DNA from: an uncultured Nitrososphaerales archaeon
GTDB taxonomy: Archaea > Thermoproteota > Nitrososphaeria > Nitrososphaerales > Nitrososphaeraceae
Length of the DNA stretch: 64,000 bases
Assembly (NCBI GenBank): GCA_963841565.1
Contig: CAWJCY010000003.1
Location: 160,001-224,000 of the forward strand
Direction: 5' to 3'
The notes beneath the pieces are model-generated. The model was not told the DNA's origin. It saw nothing but the letters and a program-made list of their open reading frames with translations, and searched no databases. Shown here piece after piece: positions 19,729 to 30,237 of the stretch. Numbering within the stretch: position 1 is the stretch's first letter; the number at the start of each line of letters is the position of its first letter. A program made the translations under genes and the position numbers.

Positions 19729-20568
19729 TTGAAAAAGGTCGGTATAATAGGTTTCGGAACTATAGGCTTTCAAATTGCAAGATCAATAGATAACGGCTTT
19801 TTATCACCAGCGCGTTTGAGCTTTATTGTTGATTCGTCCCTCAACAGATTGGAAGTTGCAAAGAAATCCATAACGAAAGATAAGCCACAGATGTTTTCTG
19901 ATTCAGATTCCCTTTTTCACTCTGAAACATATAAGAATACTCAAATTGTAGTCGAATCGGCGAGTGGGGCTGCGGTCAGGCAGTACGCCAAGCACATCTT
20001 ATCTGATGGTAAGTATCTTATCATTTTCAGTGTGGGCGAATTAGTTGATGACACGTTCATGAAGGTACTCCAGTCAGAGGCCGTAGAACACAATGGAGTT
20101 ATCCATATTCCAACTGGAGCAATTGCTGGTTTAGATGCGATAAAATCAGTCCGAAACAATTTAGATCAGGTTACAATTTCTACTACCAAAAATCCCAAAT
20201 CATTGGCTGGGGCTCCCTATTTCGATCTACACGAGAATATACATTTACAGGAACCCAGTAATAGAATAGTATTGTATGAAGGAGATGTCCGTAGAGCAAT
20301 TGAGTTATTTCCGTCGAATGTGAATGTCTTTGCTGCTTTAGCACTTGCAACGGGTAACATTTCCAAAATCAAGGTCAGAATAATTGCCGATCCAAACATC
20401 AAAGTAAATCGACACGAAATAGATGTTAGAGGAGATTTTGGGATTTTACAGATAGTTGCGAGTAATATACCTCACCCAGAAAACCCGCGTACAAGTGCGT
20501 TGGCCGTATTATCTGCTATGGAAGCGGTAAGATCTGCATGTAATCAGACGGTTAAGATTGGAAATTGA
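19729..20568 (+). CDS. nadX: L-aspartate dehydrogenase
   Basis: GFGTIG, VESAS, SVG, PTGAIAGLD, FPSNVNV, NPRTS; clustered with nadA/nadC. Confidence 0.9.
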   Translation: MKKVGIIGFGTIGFQIARSIDNGFLSPARLSFIVDSSLNRLEVAKKSITKDKPQMFSDSDSLFHSETYKNTQIVVESASGAAVRQYAKHILSDGKYLIIFSVGELVDDTFMKVLQSEAVEHNGVIHIPTGAIAGLDAIKSVRNNLDQVTISTTKNPKSLAGAPYFDLHENIHLQEPSNRIVLYEGDVRRAIELFPSNVNVFAALALATGNISKIKVRIIADPNIKVNRHEIDVRGDFGILQIVASNIPHPENPRTSALAVLSAMEAVRSACNQTVKIGN

Positions 20569-20629
20569 AATCTGACGGCTACCACGATTTATATAGGGTA
20601 AGAGTAAGTGTTGTAGCAAGGAATAAGGA

Positions 20630-20920
20630 ATGAGTTACGGTGGATTTAGAAGAAACGATAGTTTTGGACCAAAACCAGTAGAGACAGGAAAGGAGTACGA
20701 CGTTCAGATCTCTGAAATAAGCAGAAAAGGTGATGGAATTGCACGGGTTCAAGGATTTGTCATATTTGTTAAGGATGGGAAAGTTGGTCAGAACGCAAAA
20801 ATAAGAGTAACACAAGTTGGGAATAGGTTTGCAACAGCTGAAATAGTGAATGGAGCCACAGAGCAGTCTGCCCCGACCCAAGAAATTTCAGGTGGAAGCC
20901 AAGACCAAGCAACTGAGTAA
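20630..20920 (+). CDS. Single TRAM-domain RNA-binding protein
   Basis: PKPVETGKEYDVQI..SRKGDGIARVQGFVIFV. Confidence 0.9.
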   Translation: MSYGGFRRNDSFGPKPVETGKEYDVQISEISRKGDGIARVQGFVIFVKDGKVGQNAKIRVTQVGNRFATAEIVNGATEQSAPTQEISGGSQDQATE

Positions 20921-21049
20921 GAAAACTAATTCAACGAATGTTGCTGTATTGATAGCAACCTAGTCGGTTTTCAATACGGAAGATTATATTCCATGTGCAA
21001 TATTCACAAACTTTTTTGGAATCCATAACTTTTTCTCATCCAATGTGTA

Positions 21050-22840
21050 TTAATTACCTAGACAAAATATCGATTCATTCTGCAGCCAATTCTTAGATCT
21101 GGAGATCAACTTCGAAATGGAATCTCCCAACTGTTCTTCGTTCACCCCGCCATTGTCAAAATTTCCAGGCAAAACTAAGTATATGCGAATCTTCGAACCT
21201 AAAACATCGGACAGCTCCTGATTCGCAGTAACAACGAACGGCCTCAGGGCACCTCGAAAAAGTTCGGCTCTCGCTTTGATTAATCCTGAAACTTTGTCAC
21301 CTTTTGGCCAGTCTGGTCCTACTATTACCACGTTTCCTGAAGACTCTTTAAATTTGACGGGCTCTTCCAGTGCGCCGTCAGGTGCAATGTCAGTAACGAT
21401 GTGTTTCGTTACCAAAGCCGGAGTATGAATAAATCTGTTGATCAGTGACTCCCAATCCTGTTTAGAAAGTTCGAGCAAAGACTTTGAATAATCAAGTTGT
21501 CCAGTGAAATGGATCATTCCATTGATAGGACCGAAACTGCTTCTGATTCGATTCAAACAGTCACGCAAATTCGCCTCATTTGAAAGATCCGCTTGATACT
21601 GGGGGAACTCAGACAATTCTTCTATTTTTTCTGGGGAGATGATTATTATTTTCTTTTGTCCATCATTTAACATCGTTTGGCAGAGAGCTTCAATTCTCGA
21701 CAGATCAAAGGAATCACTGGTGGTTGTACTTATTAAAACAGTTCCTAGGTTATGGTTGGAATCTGTTCGATGTACAACAGTAGAGACTGCTGGCTTGACG
21801 GTATAAAATACTCGATCATTTGGTACTACCCGACCGTTTAAAAGTCGACTAGTTTTCTCTGAAGACAAAGTCAAAACCATTTCAGCTACGTCTTCTTGAG
21901 CCAGAAATTCGCCATCAACGATCATTTTTTTGGTATTCTCTTGGATTTTTTCAGCAATATTGTATAGCTTATTGATAAGCTCTGAAATGTCGCGTTCTAG
22001 GTCATCTTGGTTAGAATTGACGCCAACCTTGGATTTTATTATCTCTTTAGCTATTTCTTTTCCTCTAGACGCCATCTCAGAAGTACTGTCACCCAAGTAA
22101 GGCAGAATCTTTAATAGAATATGTTCTATAACACTGGACTTCATGCCTTTGAATCCTCCGATCCTTAAGAATTCAGCTGCAGCCTTCGGATAAACAGTTT
22201 TATAGATTCTGTCTGAATGGACCGGGCCAGGATTGGTTGCGATGGATCTAATTTCACGATCTGTTAGTTCCCATGCTAACGCTTCAGCAAGCCTGTTTTT
22301 GGCCCCTTGCGAAGCCGTATATGGGGTTCTGAATCTATATGGTCGCTGCTCAAATTTGTTTTCTTCAGTGAAAAAGGTACTGATAGTAATTATCTTGCCA
22401 TTCTGCGACAACAGATCAAGACCATGCACCGAGGTAAAGAATGTACCCGTTAGGTGAATCGCGACACATTCCTTGAATTCTCCGTAGTCTGCATTAGTGA
22501 ACACCTTAACAGGACCTGACACACCAGCATTGTTCACAATGATATCCAGACTCGTTAAGGAATTCTTGATCGAGCCATACATGCTAATTAAAGAATTCTC
22601 ATCAGATACGTCGACCCCAGGAAATGAAAGTACGTTCGCAGAAGATCCAACTGATAACATTGTTTTCAATAGGATCTCTTTAGTTTCGTCTAATGGCTTC
22701 TGTCTTCGCCCCATAATAATAATGCTTGCTCCATTTTCAGCAAATTTTGTCGCTATTGCTTGACCTATTCCTGTTCCACTTCCAGTTATGAGAACGGTTT
22801 TGCCCTTAAAGGGCAAGTTAGAGTTCACCGGACTGGTCAC
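21050..22840 (-). CDS. Two-domain SDR oxidoreductase, similar to the C-terminal part of Chloroflexus-type malonyl-CoA reductase
   Basis: TGSGTGIG, NNAG, PGVDVSDE, PGPVHSDRI, followed by a degenerate second Rossmann-like domain; SDR assignment is firm, function is inferred. Confidence 0.75.
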   Translation of the reverse strand: MTSPVNSNLPFKGKTVLITGSGTGIGQAIATKFAENGASIIIMGRRQKPLDETKEILLKTMLSVGSSANVLSFPGVDVSDENSLISMYGSIKNSLTSLDIIVNNAGVSGPVKVFTNADYGEFKECVAIHLTGTFFTSVHGLDLLSQNGKIITISTFFTEENKFEQRPYRFRTPYTASQGAKNRLAEALAWELTDREIRSIATNPGPVHSDRIYKTVYPKAAAEFLRIGGFKGMKSSVIEHILLKILPYLGDSTSEMASRGKEIAKEIIKSKVGVNSNQDDLERDISELINKLYNIAEKIQENTKKMIVDGEFLAQEDVAEMVLTLSSEKTSRLLNGRVVPNDRVFYTVKPAVSTVVHRTDSNHNLGTVLISTTTSDSFDLSRIEALCQTMLNDGQKKIIIISPEKIEELSEFPQYQADLSNEANLRDCLNRIRSSFGPINGMIHFTGQLDYSKSLLELSKQDWESLINRFIHTPALVTKHIVTDIAPDGALEEPVKFKESSGNVVIVGPDWPKGDKVSGLIKARAELFRGALRPFVVTANQELSDVLGSKIRIYLVLPGNFDNGGVNEEQLGDSISKLISRSKNWLQNESIFCLGN

Positions 22841-23103
22841 ATCAGTAGGGATTGGAAACTAATATTTAAATCAATTTTACCCCCTGAAATTGCAAGTATT
22901 CCGCTATCCAGTAATGCAGAATAATAGTTATGAAGGAAGGCTGTTATCGAGTCACTAACACAGTTATTGACCTATTTGTACTATTTCTCTCTGACTCCAT
23001 GGCGAATGCAAAACAGAAGGTGAAGTGTATATAGCGATATCTATTTCACTGTTGTATATCCATGATTAGTAACTAGGTTTTTGATCTTCCAATGAAATAC
23101 CTT

Positions 23104-23658
23104 CTAAGCCCGCCACCAGTCTATACCTATAAAGTATACCTGTCCTTTCCTTAGCCTAGGACATGCAAGGATGAACTGTTTCTTTACCGTAGTGGCCAAC
23201 CTTCCGCTCAGAACTATTGAAGTGGCTGTAATATTTGTTGCTGGAACGTAAACTGATATTAAAAAAGGCGCATGATCAATACCAGGTCCTCGCTCGTATA
23301 CGGCAAAGTCGCAGCCAAACTTTATCCCGGGAGAAACGATATAGCCCTTGTCTTTTAAGACCTTGAATACTAGGTACTTTGCATCAAAATTGTCATACTG
23401 CTTTCTGCACAATGTTTTAATTCTCTTGATAGAGATTGTCTTTCCGAATTTCGAAAGGATAGATAACTCTTCTCTTTCTACAAGATAACATCCTTCGATT
23501 AGGTCAAGTACTATTGGGACTTCAAAATCGATTCCTTTTGGCTTCGAGATCCCAATTGGCTTACCGTAGTAACCATTGCTGAATAAAGTACGGGATTCTT
23601 CTATATTCCAGATAATTATCCTGTTTTCGATCAGATGTCCTAAAACTGGTTTATCCAT
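23104..23658 (-). CDS. endA: tRNA-intron endonuclease, catalytic subunit
   Basis: PGIKFGCDFAVYERGPGIDHAPF (catalytic Tyr, His) and RLATTVKK (Lys); ATG overlaps the upstream TGA. Confidence 0.92.
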   Translation of the reverse strand: MDKPVLGHLIENRIIIWNIEESRTLFSNGYYGKPIGISKPKGIDFEVPIVLDLIEGCYLVEREELSILSKFGKTISIKRIKTLCRKQYDNFDAKYLVFKVLKDKGYIVSPGIKFGCDFAVYERGPGIDHAPFLISVYVPATNITATSIVLSGRLATTVKKQFILACPRLRKGQVYFIGIDWWRA

Positions 23659-24311
23659 CACATACTCAAAGCAAGTATTGTTAAAGAATCGGACGCCTCC
23701 TGACACTTGTCAGCCATACCTTCTATCCCTTCAATCGCATCTTTTAAAAGAAGTAAGTCTTTGGTTACCGATATTTCATTCATTGCCTTTATTATTAGAC
23801 TCCTATGTCTCTCATCTACCAATCTTTCCAACTTTTGAACCTCTTGGGCTAGTTCAATTGTACTTGATGGATTGATACTCAGGGCTCTTGCCATCTCATT
23901 AAGCTTGAATGTTGCATCAACAACCATACCGATCAACTCATTGATATCTTCAGCAAACCTTCCTATCATGATGATGTCAACTTTCATGTTTGCAAGCCTA
24001 AAGGCTACACCACTTATGTAACCTGCAATATCATCCATAAGATATGCCGTCCTTAGTACATCCTCTCTATACACCATTAGACTTCCAATTTCTGCGACTT
24101 CTCTGGTCACACGCCTTCTAAGATTGTCCACCTCCTCTTCTGCAATTCTCATTCTGTCCAAAGTGGGCTGAATGTCCTGAGTCAGGCCTTGTGTAATACT
24201 TTTACCTAATGAAGAAAGTTCTCTTGCAGAGTTCAAGATCTTCCCAATTTCATCGTGAAGTATAGCAAGGGTTTTCCGCTTGGCTTGAACTTCCAATTCC
24301 CCGCTATACAT
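23658..24311 (-). CDS. DUF47/PhoU-like helical protein
   Basis: EEEVDNLRR, REDVLR...MDDIA, LERLVDERHR, IEGMADKC two-repeat pattern. Confidence 0.8.
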   Translation of the reverse strand: MYSGELEVQAKRKTLAILHDEIGKILNSARELSSLGKSITQGLTQDIQPTLDRMRIAEEEVDNLRRRVTREVAEIGSLMVYREDVLRTAYLMDDIAGYISGVAFRLANMKVDIIMIGRFAEDINELIGMVVDATFKLNEMARALSINPSSTIELAQEVQKLERLVDERHRSLIIKAMNEISVTKDLLLLKDAIEGIEGMADKCQEASDSLTILALSM

Positions 24312-24425
24312 TAAGGAACAAACACGATTCGCTGGCTATTATTTCTTTTGACAATCACGATAAATATTTAGAATGATAAGATCGCCCATCATTTGAATAG
24401 ATGATCTTTCCCTTCATGGTATTCT

Positions 24426-25460
24426 TTAATCCGTTGAATCAAATGGAACTGAGATTGATTCACGAATTTCTATTAAATCCCTAAGAATAGCACTGGCAGT
24501 TTCCAAACCGCCAGCGCCTCTCCCCACTATTGTTTTCTCACCCGAATATTCTGAAGAAAATGTCACGGCATTTAGTGTCCCAGTAACACATATAGGATCA
24601 TCTCGTTGGATTTCCAAAGGCATTACATTAAGTTCATCATTATCGCAATGTGCTATTAGTCTGATGGCCTTGCCATCTTCATGTGCCTTCCTTACCGAAT
24701 TCAAATCCACCTCCGAAATGCCGCGTCTTGAAACATCTGTGATACTGACCTTCCTTGACATAATCCAGTTAGCCATAATCACAAGTTTGGCAGCAGCATC
24801 ATATCCTTCAATATCGAGCTCAGGTGCCGCCTCAGCATATCCTTTTTGTTTAGCGTCAACTAACGCTTGCTGAAAAGTGAGTCCCTCTTCCTCCATTTTA
24901 GTAAGAATGTAATTAGTTGTCCCATTGAGGATTCCTCTAAATGATAGAATTCGATCTCCTCTCAGGCATTTTTTAGCAAATTCTAAGATAGGTGTTCCCC
25001 CTCCAACTGTACCACTAAAAGCAAGTCTAACGTTATTATAACTTGAAAGCTCTAGCAAGGATGAAAAGGCTAGGGCTAACGGCCCCTTATTCACTGTGAT
25101 CACGTGTTTCTTCGTTTTCATCGCGGACACAATATGAGAAATCCCAGGCTCACCATTCTCGAGATTTGTGGGGGTAACTTCGATCATAACTTCAGCCTCA
25201 GTATTTTCTATTAATTCAATGGTATTAAGACATACATTGTTGTGGTCGTGGTAGGCCGACACAGATTTTTTCATACGTTTTACCTCTAATAGTCTGCCAA
25301 GATCCAACCCTTCTGAAGAAACAGCCATACCATTGCTGTCAACACATGCTACCACTCTTGGATTCAAACCAAACGCACTATAAAGCTCGGCTGATTTAGA
25401 AAGAAGTATCTTGACAAAGCTTTGGCCTACTACTCCGAATCCAACAATTATGATACGCAA
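24426..25460 (-). CDS. hom: Homoserine dehydrogenase
   Basis: GFGVVG, VITVNKGP, GTVGGGTP, GILNGTTNYIL, GYAEA..DIEG.DAAAK, GRGAGG.ETASA. Confidence 0.95.
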   Translation of the reverse strand: MRIIIVGFGVVGQSFVKILLSKSAELYSAFGLNPRVVACVDSNGMAVSSEGLDLGRLLEVKRMKKSVSAYHDHNNVCLNTIELIENTEAEVMIEVTPTNLENGEPGISHIVSAMKTKKHVITVNKGPLALAFSSLLELSSYNNVRLAFSGTVGGGTPILEFAKKCLRGDRILSFRGILNGTTNYILTKMEEEGLTFQQALVDAKQKGYAEAAPELDIEGYDAAAKLVIMANWIMSRKVSITDVSRRGISEVDLNSVRKAHEDGKAIRLIAHCDNDELNVMPLEIQRDDPICVTGTLNAVTFSSEYSGEKTIVGRGAGGLETASAILRDLIEIRESISVPFDSTD

Positions 25461-25565
25461 TTCATGTTTTGATGTAATTCTCCAATTAATATACGTAAAA
25501 TTTTTTTGGATAGAACAAACCATTTATTGCTTTCCTAAAACGAATTAGAACGAATAAGATATAAT

Positions 25566-26330
25566 TTGCTAGAGAATCTTTTCTTGACATTTGTCATCGG
25601 AGTAGCTGCAGGCATTGTAGGTTCAATGCTGGGATTGGGCGGCGGCATCATAATATCCCCTATCCTGACACTTTCAGGTTTATTACCATCGCAGGTCGTC
25701 TCGACGAGCTTGTTGGCCGTAGCATCAACTGGAGCCTCTTCAACGGTATCCTATTCCATTAAGAAAAAAATTAGCTATAGCATCGGAATCAAGGTTGCAG
25801 CTTTCGCGGTACCTTTTTCAGTCATTGGTGCCCTTATTTCTTCTGCTCTAGATCCAGATGAATTCAAGTTGTATTTTGCCATTTTGTTAATATCGACGAG
25901 TTTGTATCTATTATTCAGAAAGTCAATAAGAGAGGACAGACTTGATTATGAGAATCGAGGAAAATTATTTTCGAATGCCTTACTATACGTGGGATCCTCA
26001 GCAGCTGGTTTAATTTCAAGTCTTTTTGGAATAGGAGGAGGGATCATTTTTGTTCCTCTATTGTTTGCAGTAAAAAAACTATCAATGCAGCAGTCAGTCG
26101 CCACATCGCAGCTATGTATATTGATAACCTCGATTGCGGGTATATTGACCCATTCAGTTCTATTCGAGCAGGATTATCTCTTCGCTGGGGCAATAGCGTT
26201 AGGGGCGCTAGTAGGTGCGCAGATCGGTTCATTTATCGCCATCAAAATCAGTGAGAGATTGTTAACAATCCTCTTCTCGTTTTCACTCCTAATTATATCA
26301 GTCCAACTCATCTTGGGTTATTTACAGTAG
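25566..26330 (+). CDS. TauE/SafE-family (DUF81) membrane exporter
   Basis: Two GxGGGxxxxP repeats, ~8 TM helices. Confidence 0.85.
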   Translation: MLENLFLTFVIGVAAGIVGSMLGLGGGIIISPILTLSGLLPSQVVSTSLLAVASTGASSTVSYSIKKKISYSIGIKVAAFAVPFSVIGALISSALDPDEFKLYFAILLISTSLYLLFRKSIREDRLDYENRGKLFSNALLYVGSSAAGLISSLFGIGGGIIFVPLLFAVKKLSMQQSVATSQLCILITSIAGILTHSVLFEQDYLFAGAIALGALVGAQIGSFIAIKISERLLTILFSFSLLIISVQLILGYLQ

Positions 26331-26335
26331 TATAA

Positions 26336-26548
26336 TCATTTTTTGATATCCATGATCCAACTACCAAGTAGTGATGGAATCCTTTGTTGTGTCCTCATGC
26401 TATTCCAACTAAATTCTAGTTCCTTCTCTAGTTCGGCCTTTTCCCTCATATGATGATCTGAGGCAATGTGGGCAAATATCTGTTCAAGGGAGCTCATATG
26501 CATTGAACATATGTTACATTTATTCTTGCTAGGAGTGTGCAAATCCAA
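26336..26548 (-). CDS. Small C2H2-type zinc-finger protein
   Basis: CNIC-x12-H-x4-HH pattern in a 70-aa ORF. Confidence 0.6.
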   Translation of the reverse strand: MDLHTPSKNKCNICSMHMSSLEQIFAHIASDHHMREKAELEKELEFSWNSMRTQQRIPSLLGSWIMDIKK

Positions 26549-26762
26549 GTAGAGCTATTACCTTTTTGCTTCGGTACCCCTTACAGGCTTTATAGGGGGA
26601 GGCAGCTTCTCCAATTTATGCGAGGGATTAGCTGAAATAATGCCTGGAAGCTCCTTCTCCGGTAAGTACAATGTTACAGTTTAGACACTTGTATCGAATA
26701 GCCAACGTAGCTCAACAGTCTAATTATACATACATGGCTAAAAAGTATGTGGAAATGGTGTC

Positions 26763-28967
26763 TTAGCGGAGCTTGATTACTTCTCTGTTATCAGGTACTG
26801 AGGTTCTCAAATGATATCTATTATGGATCGAACTAGCAATATTTTCTGATTTTGATTTTTCACCGTGGTTAACTATTACTCTCTTGGGTTTAACTCGATA
26901 TACAAAGTTCATAATTTGATTATAGTCGCTATGTCCACTAAAACCATCTATCCTTTGAGTGTCACACTTTACCGGAACGACCTTTACCTTCCCGTTCTTG
27001 TCCATCATCCCAATTTCATTCATGATTCCGTCCATTACACGTCTCCCCAATGTTCCATTTATCTGATATGAAACAAATATTATCTTGTTTCCTTGTACAG
27101 GCGCGATCGACTTAAAATATTCTACCGATGGTCCACCTTCGAGCATCCCTGATGTCGCCATTATGATAGATGGGTTGTGATCTTCTAAAATCTCATCCCG
27201 TTTTCCTGGTCCATTTATGAGTGTAAAATATTCTGACTGAAATGGGTTCACGCCAGAAGAAACAGACTTCCTCACGTTAAATCCAAGATAGTGTGCATAT
27301 GACATATGAATAGCACTAGCCTCTGAGATCATTCCTTCAATATAAATCGGGCATTCGACCAAATTTCTCTGTCGCATTTCTTTGTCCAACACCAACATCA
27401 TCTCTTGAGCTCTACCTACGGCAGGAACTGGAATCAACACCTTACCACCTTGTTGCAGCGTATGGTTTATGCTTTTTGTAAAATTATCATATACAGAGGT
27501 TTGATCTGGCATAATATCAGAAGTATTGCCATAAGTACTCTCAGTAATCAGGGTTTCAACCCTTGGATAAACTGAGAGAGCAGTATCAAGTAATTGAGTT
27601 CTAGCGTATTTGTAGTCGCCAGAATATAATATATTATGCGTTCCAGATATATTCAAATGCACCGTAGCACTGCCCATAATATGGCCTGCATTGTTGAGCG
27701 TGATTGTAATATCTGGTGAAATATCGGTAGGCTTGCTATATGGCAATGTAATGCAGTGCTTGATCACTTCATAGACATCACGAGACTCGTAAGGTAGGTA
27801 ACTACCATTTGCTTTTGCTATTTTGACCGAATCCATTTGCAGAAGCGTCATAAGAGGCAATGTTGGTTCGGTACAATAAACGGGTCCTCTATATCCATAC
27901 CTATAAAGTGCTGGCAAAAATCCTTGGTGGTCTATATGAGCATGACTCAAAACGACTGCATCAAGATCAGTCAGTGTGAAAGGGAACCAATCTATTCTGG
28001 GAAATGCGTCTAGTCCTAGTGCCTCGCCTGGATTTATTCCACAATCCAACATAACCTTGCTTTCTTGTGTCACTACAACGAAACATGACCTACCAACTTG
28101 CTTAACTCCGCCCAAACAGTAAATTAAAACCTCTGCTTTGCTAGCCGCGCTGAAAGAAGACTTGTCGAATCTAGCAGGAGCTTCAGACGAAATCAAATTC
28201 TCATCGGTATGACTTTCATCTAAGTCCGGATTACCCTTCCGCTTCATGCCATCCAAATAGCTGTGGTTGCCAATCACAAGAGGAGTTCTAAAAATTCTCT
28301 GTCCTAGTTCCTGAAAGAAGGTGCTTCTCTCCCTTGCAGAACCCTTCAGAGTTGAATGAATTGTCTTGATACTAGTAGAAGGAATATGCGGAGAGAGTCG
28401 AGTTCTTGCTAGCCATCCTGTTAAAGATGCAATTTCTATAATCAATGCAGGGGTGATGGCTTCTGGACTACTCAACTCCAAAATTACCTCACCCGTTGCA
28501 TCGTCGCAGAAAGCAGCTGAGAGAGAAACGCTCTTTGGGACGAGCTTCATAATTGTTGACCTAGTTAAATCCTCCGAGATTCGTATACTTGGGTCGGTTC
28601 GGATCACGAACCTTTTTTTCATAGTCTTGGAGAGGCCTGAAAGGTGCAATGTAAGTTCAGTGAGAGCAAATTTGGGATTTTTCGTATAGAGTGCAATCTT
28701 TGGGCCTTCAAACCGGGCGGCTGTAATTGATGCTTCTTTTGGAAGCAATGTAATTAGTGAATCATAAAGGGACTCACCATCAGATTCACCGAGGCTGTTA
28801 GTCGTCCTAAATCGCTTTTTATCTGGAGACATTGTGAAGCTGCGAGACATTGTATTAGCCTCAGAGCTTGAACTTGAGCTTGAGCTTGAAGTTTTATGGA
28901 CCTCTGATTTCGCATTGGGGACACTATCGAGCTTAAAATTATCCTCCGAACCACTATCTTCTTTCAA
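26763..28967 (-). CDS. Beta-CASP ribonuclease aCPSF1 (FttA, transcription termination factor) with KH domains
   Basis: FEGPKIALY KH region, LGGVKQVGRSC, SHAHIDH, AGHIMG, ESTYG, AVGRAQE, GFSGHSD, NHGE. Confidence 0.92.
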   Translation of the reverse strand: MKEDSGSEDNFKLDSVPNAKSEVHKTSSSSSSSSSEANTMSRSFTMSPDKKRFRTTNSLGESDGESLYDSLITLLPKEASITAARFEGPKIALYTKNPKFALTELTLHLSGLSKTMKKRFVIRTDPSIRISEDLTRSTIMKLVPKSVSLSAAFCDDATGEVILELSSPEAITPALIIEIASLTGWLARTRLSPHIPSTSIKTIHSTLKGSARERSTFFQELGQRIFRTPLVIGNHSYLDGMKRKGNPDLDESHTDENLISSEAPARFDKSSFSAASKAEVLIYCLGGVKQVGRSCFVVVTQESKVMLDCGINPGEALGLDAFPRIDWFPFTLTDLDAVVLSHAHIDHQGFLPALYRYGYRGPVYCTEPTLPLMTLLQMDSVKIAKANGSYLPYESRDVYEVIKHCITLPYSKPTDISPDITITLNNAGHIMGSATVHLNISGTHNILYSGDYKYARTQLLDTALSVYPRVETLITESTYGNTSDIMPDQTSVYDNFTKSINHTLQQGGKVLIPVPAVGRAQEMMLVLDKEMRQRNLVECPIYIEGMISEASAIHMSYAHYLGFNVRKSVSSGVNPFQSEYFTLINGPGKRDEILEDHNPSIIMATSGMLEGGPSVEYFKSIAPVQGNKIIFVSYQINGTLGRRVMDGIMNEIGMMDKNGKVKVVPVKCDTQRIDGFSGHSDYNQIMNFVYRVKPKRVIVNHGEKSKSENIASSIHNRYHLRTSVPDNREVIKLR
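28864..28890. repeat. Hexamer tandem repeat (GAGCTT/GAACTT) encoding a poly-Ser run in the aCPSF1 N-terminal extension
   Basis: gagctt gaactt gagctt gagctt gaa seen directly. Confidence 0.7.
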
Positions 28968-29185
28968 ATTAATTTATTTCCAGCCCGCTAAGGTATTATA
29001 CGGTCAACTTAAAGTTTTAGCCAAAAGGTATTCTACCACAATGGGCAAATAAATACTCAGCTAATCCATTAATATATCTTCTTGATATGGGATTTGCATC
29101 TCGAGTTCCCAACATACAGATAGTTGTCTAATGATTCTTTATGAAGGGTACCACACTTAAACAAGTTTGGGTAAGCTTTGTAATT

Positions 29186-30049
29186 CTACACATCCACTAG
29201 TTTACTCTCGTCGAACGATTTTGAATTGTACCAATTATATCTAAAAAAATCCAGACACCAGTCATGGAAGAGCCCCTCACGATCAATAGATCCATTACTG
29301 TAGAACATGGAAGTCATGTCGGTTAACCCCTTAGAATTGGGAAAAATTACAGTAGCTTGTTGCTCATTCAAGACCACAGCAACTTGGATCCTGTCGATCA
29401 TTCTCCGTTCAACTTCTCCGCTTTTCAACAAGTCCTGATAGCCGACCTGCTTAAGCAGGTCCATACGCTTCCTAGGAACTAATGCATTTTGAGGTAGAAT
29501 GTAGCTAAATTTTAGTTTCTTACTTTTAATACGGGGCAATATCGTTTCGATGAGTTCCAGCGGAATTTGTGGTAGCATTGCGCATATGTACTCCTCAGAC
29601 TCTTCGTACATCTTTTTCCATCTTTCAATTACGGCAACAAGCCCGTTAACGAACTCACATTTATTAAGAGCCCCTATTCTGTAAATGAACTTCATTGGTA
29701 TATCTCCAGCTATATGTTCCGAAAAGTAGTTCTGGTACGTAGAAAGAAAACTAAATGTCGAAATCTGTCTAATGATGATATTCCCAAAGGTGGAAAGTGA
29801 AAAATTGCCACTTGAATCTTTTTCAATCAGCCCTGCCTCAAATAGTCTGTTTAGATTTCGATGTACCTCTTGCATCGTTACATCCAGATCTCGTGCAAGC
29901 TTGGCCAGCTTTGTCTTCTCATTATGCAATTTGAACAGGATTTGCAACCTGTGTTCGCTTGCAAGTTCAAAGAAAATATGTTCAGTATGTTCATAATCAC
30001 TAATCAATGGAAAATGTTCCTCTCTATCACCGTTTGTACGCATTTTCAT
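29186..30049 (-). CDS. ArsR-like winged-helix transcriptional regulator with C-terminal domain
   Basis: FFELASEHRLQIL..LAKLARDLDVTMQEVHRNLNRL..GLIEK; C-terminal FHDWC.D.F.Y.W. Confidence 0.8.
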   Translation of the reverse strand: MKMRTNGDREEHFPLISDYEHTEHIFFELASEHRLQILFKLHNEKTKLAKLARDLDVTMQEVHRNLNRLFEAGLIEKDSSGNFSLSTFGNIIIRQISTFSFLSTYQNYFSEHIAGDIPMKFIYRIGALNKCEFVNGLVAVIERWKKMYEESEEYICAMLPQIPLELIETILPRIKSKKLKFSYILPQNALVPRKRMDLLKQVGYQDLLKSGEVERRMIDRIQVAVVLNEQQATVIFPNSKGLTDMTSMFYSNGSIDREGLFHDWCLDFFRYNWYNSKSFDESKLVDV

Positions 30050-30237
30050 ACTCTATCAACATCTATTTGAACAGGTTTCAAATATTAGTTTCTTTAGACA
30101 ACAATTATCAAAATCTGGGTAATAATTAATCTCTATCAATCCGGACAGAATCGTTTGTACTATCATGACCTATTTTGTTTTTAGACCAGACCCGTGAAGG
30201 GAATAATACGATGCAGTGGGATCTGTCATTTAACCTG

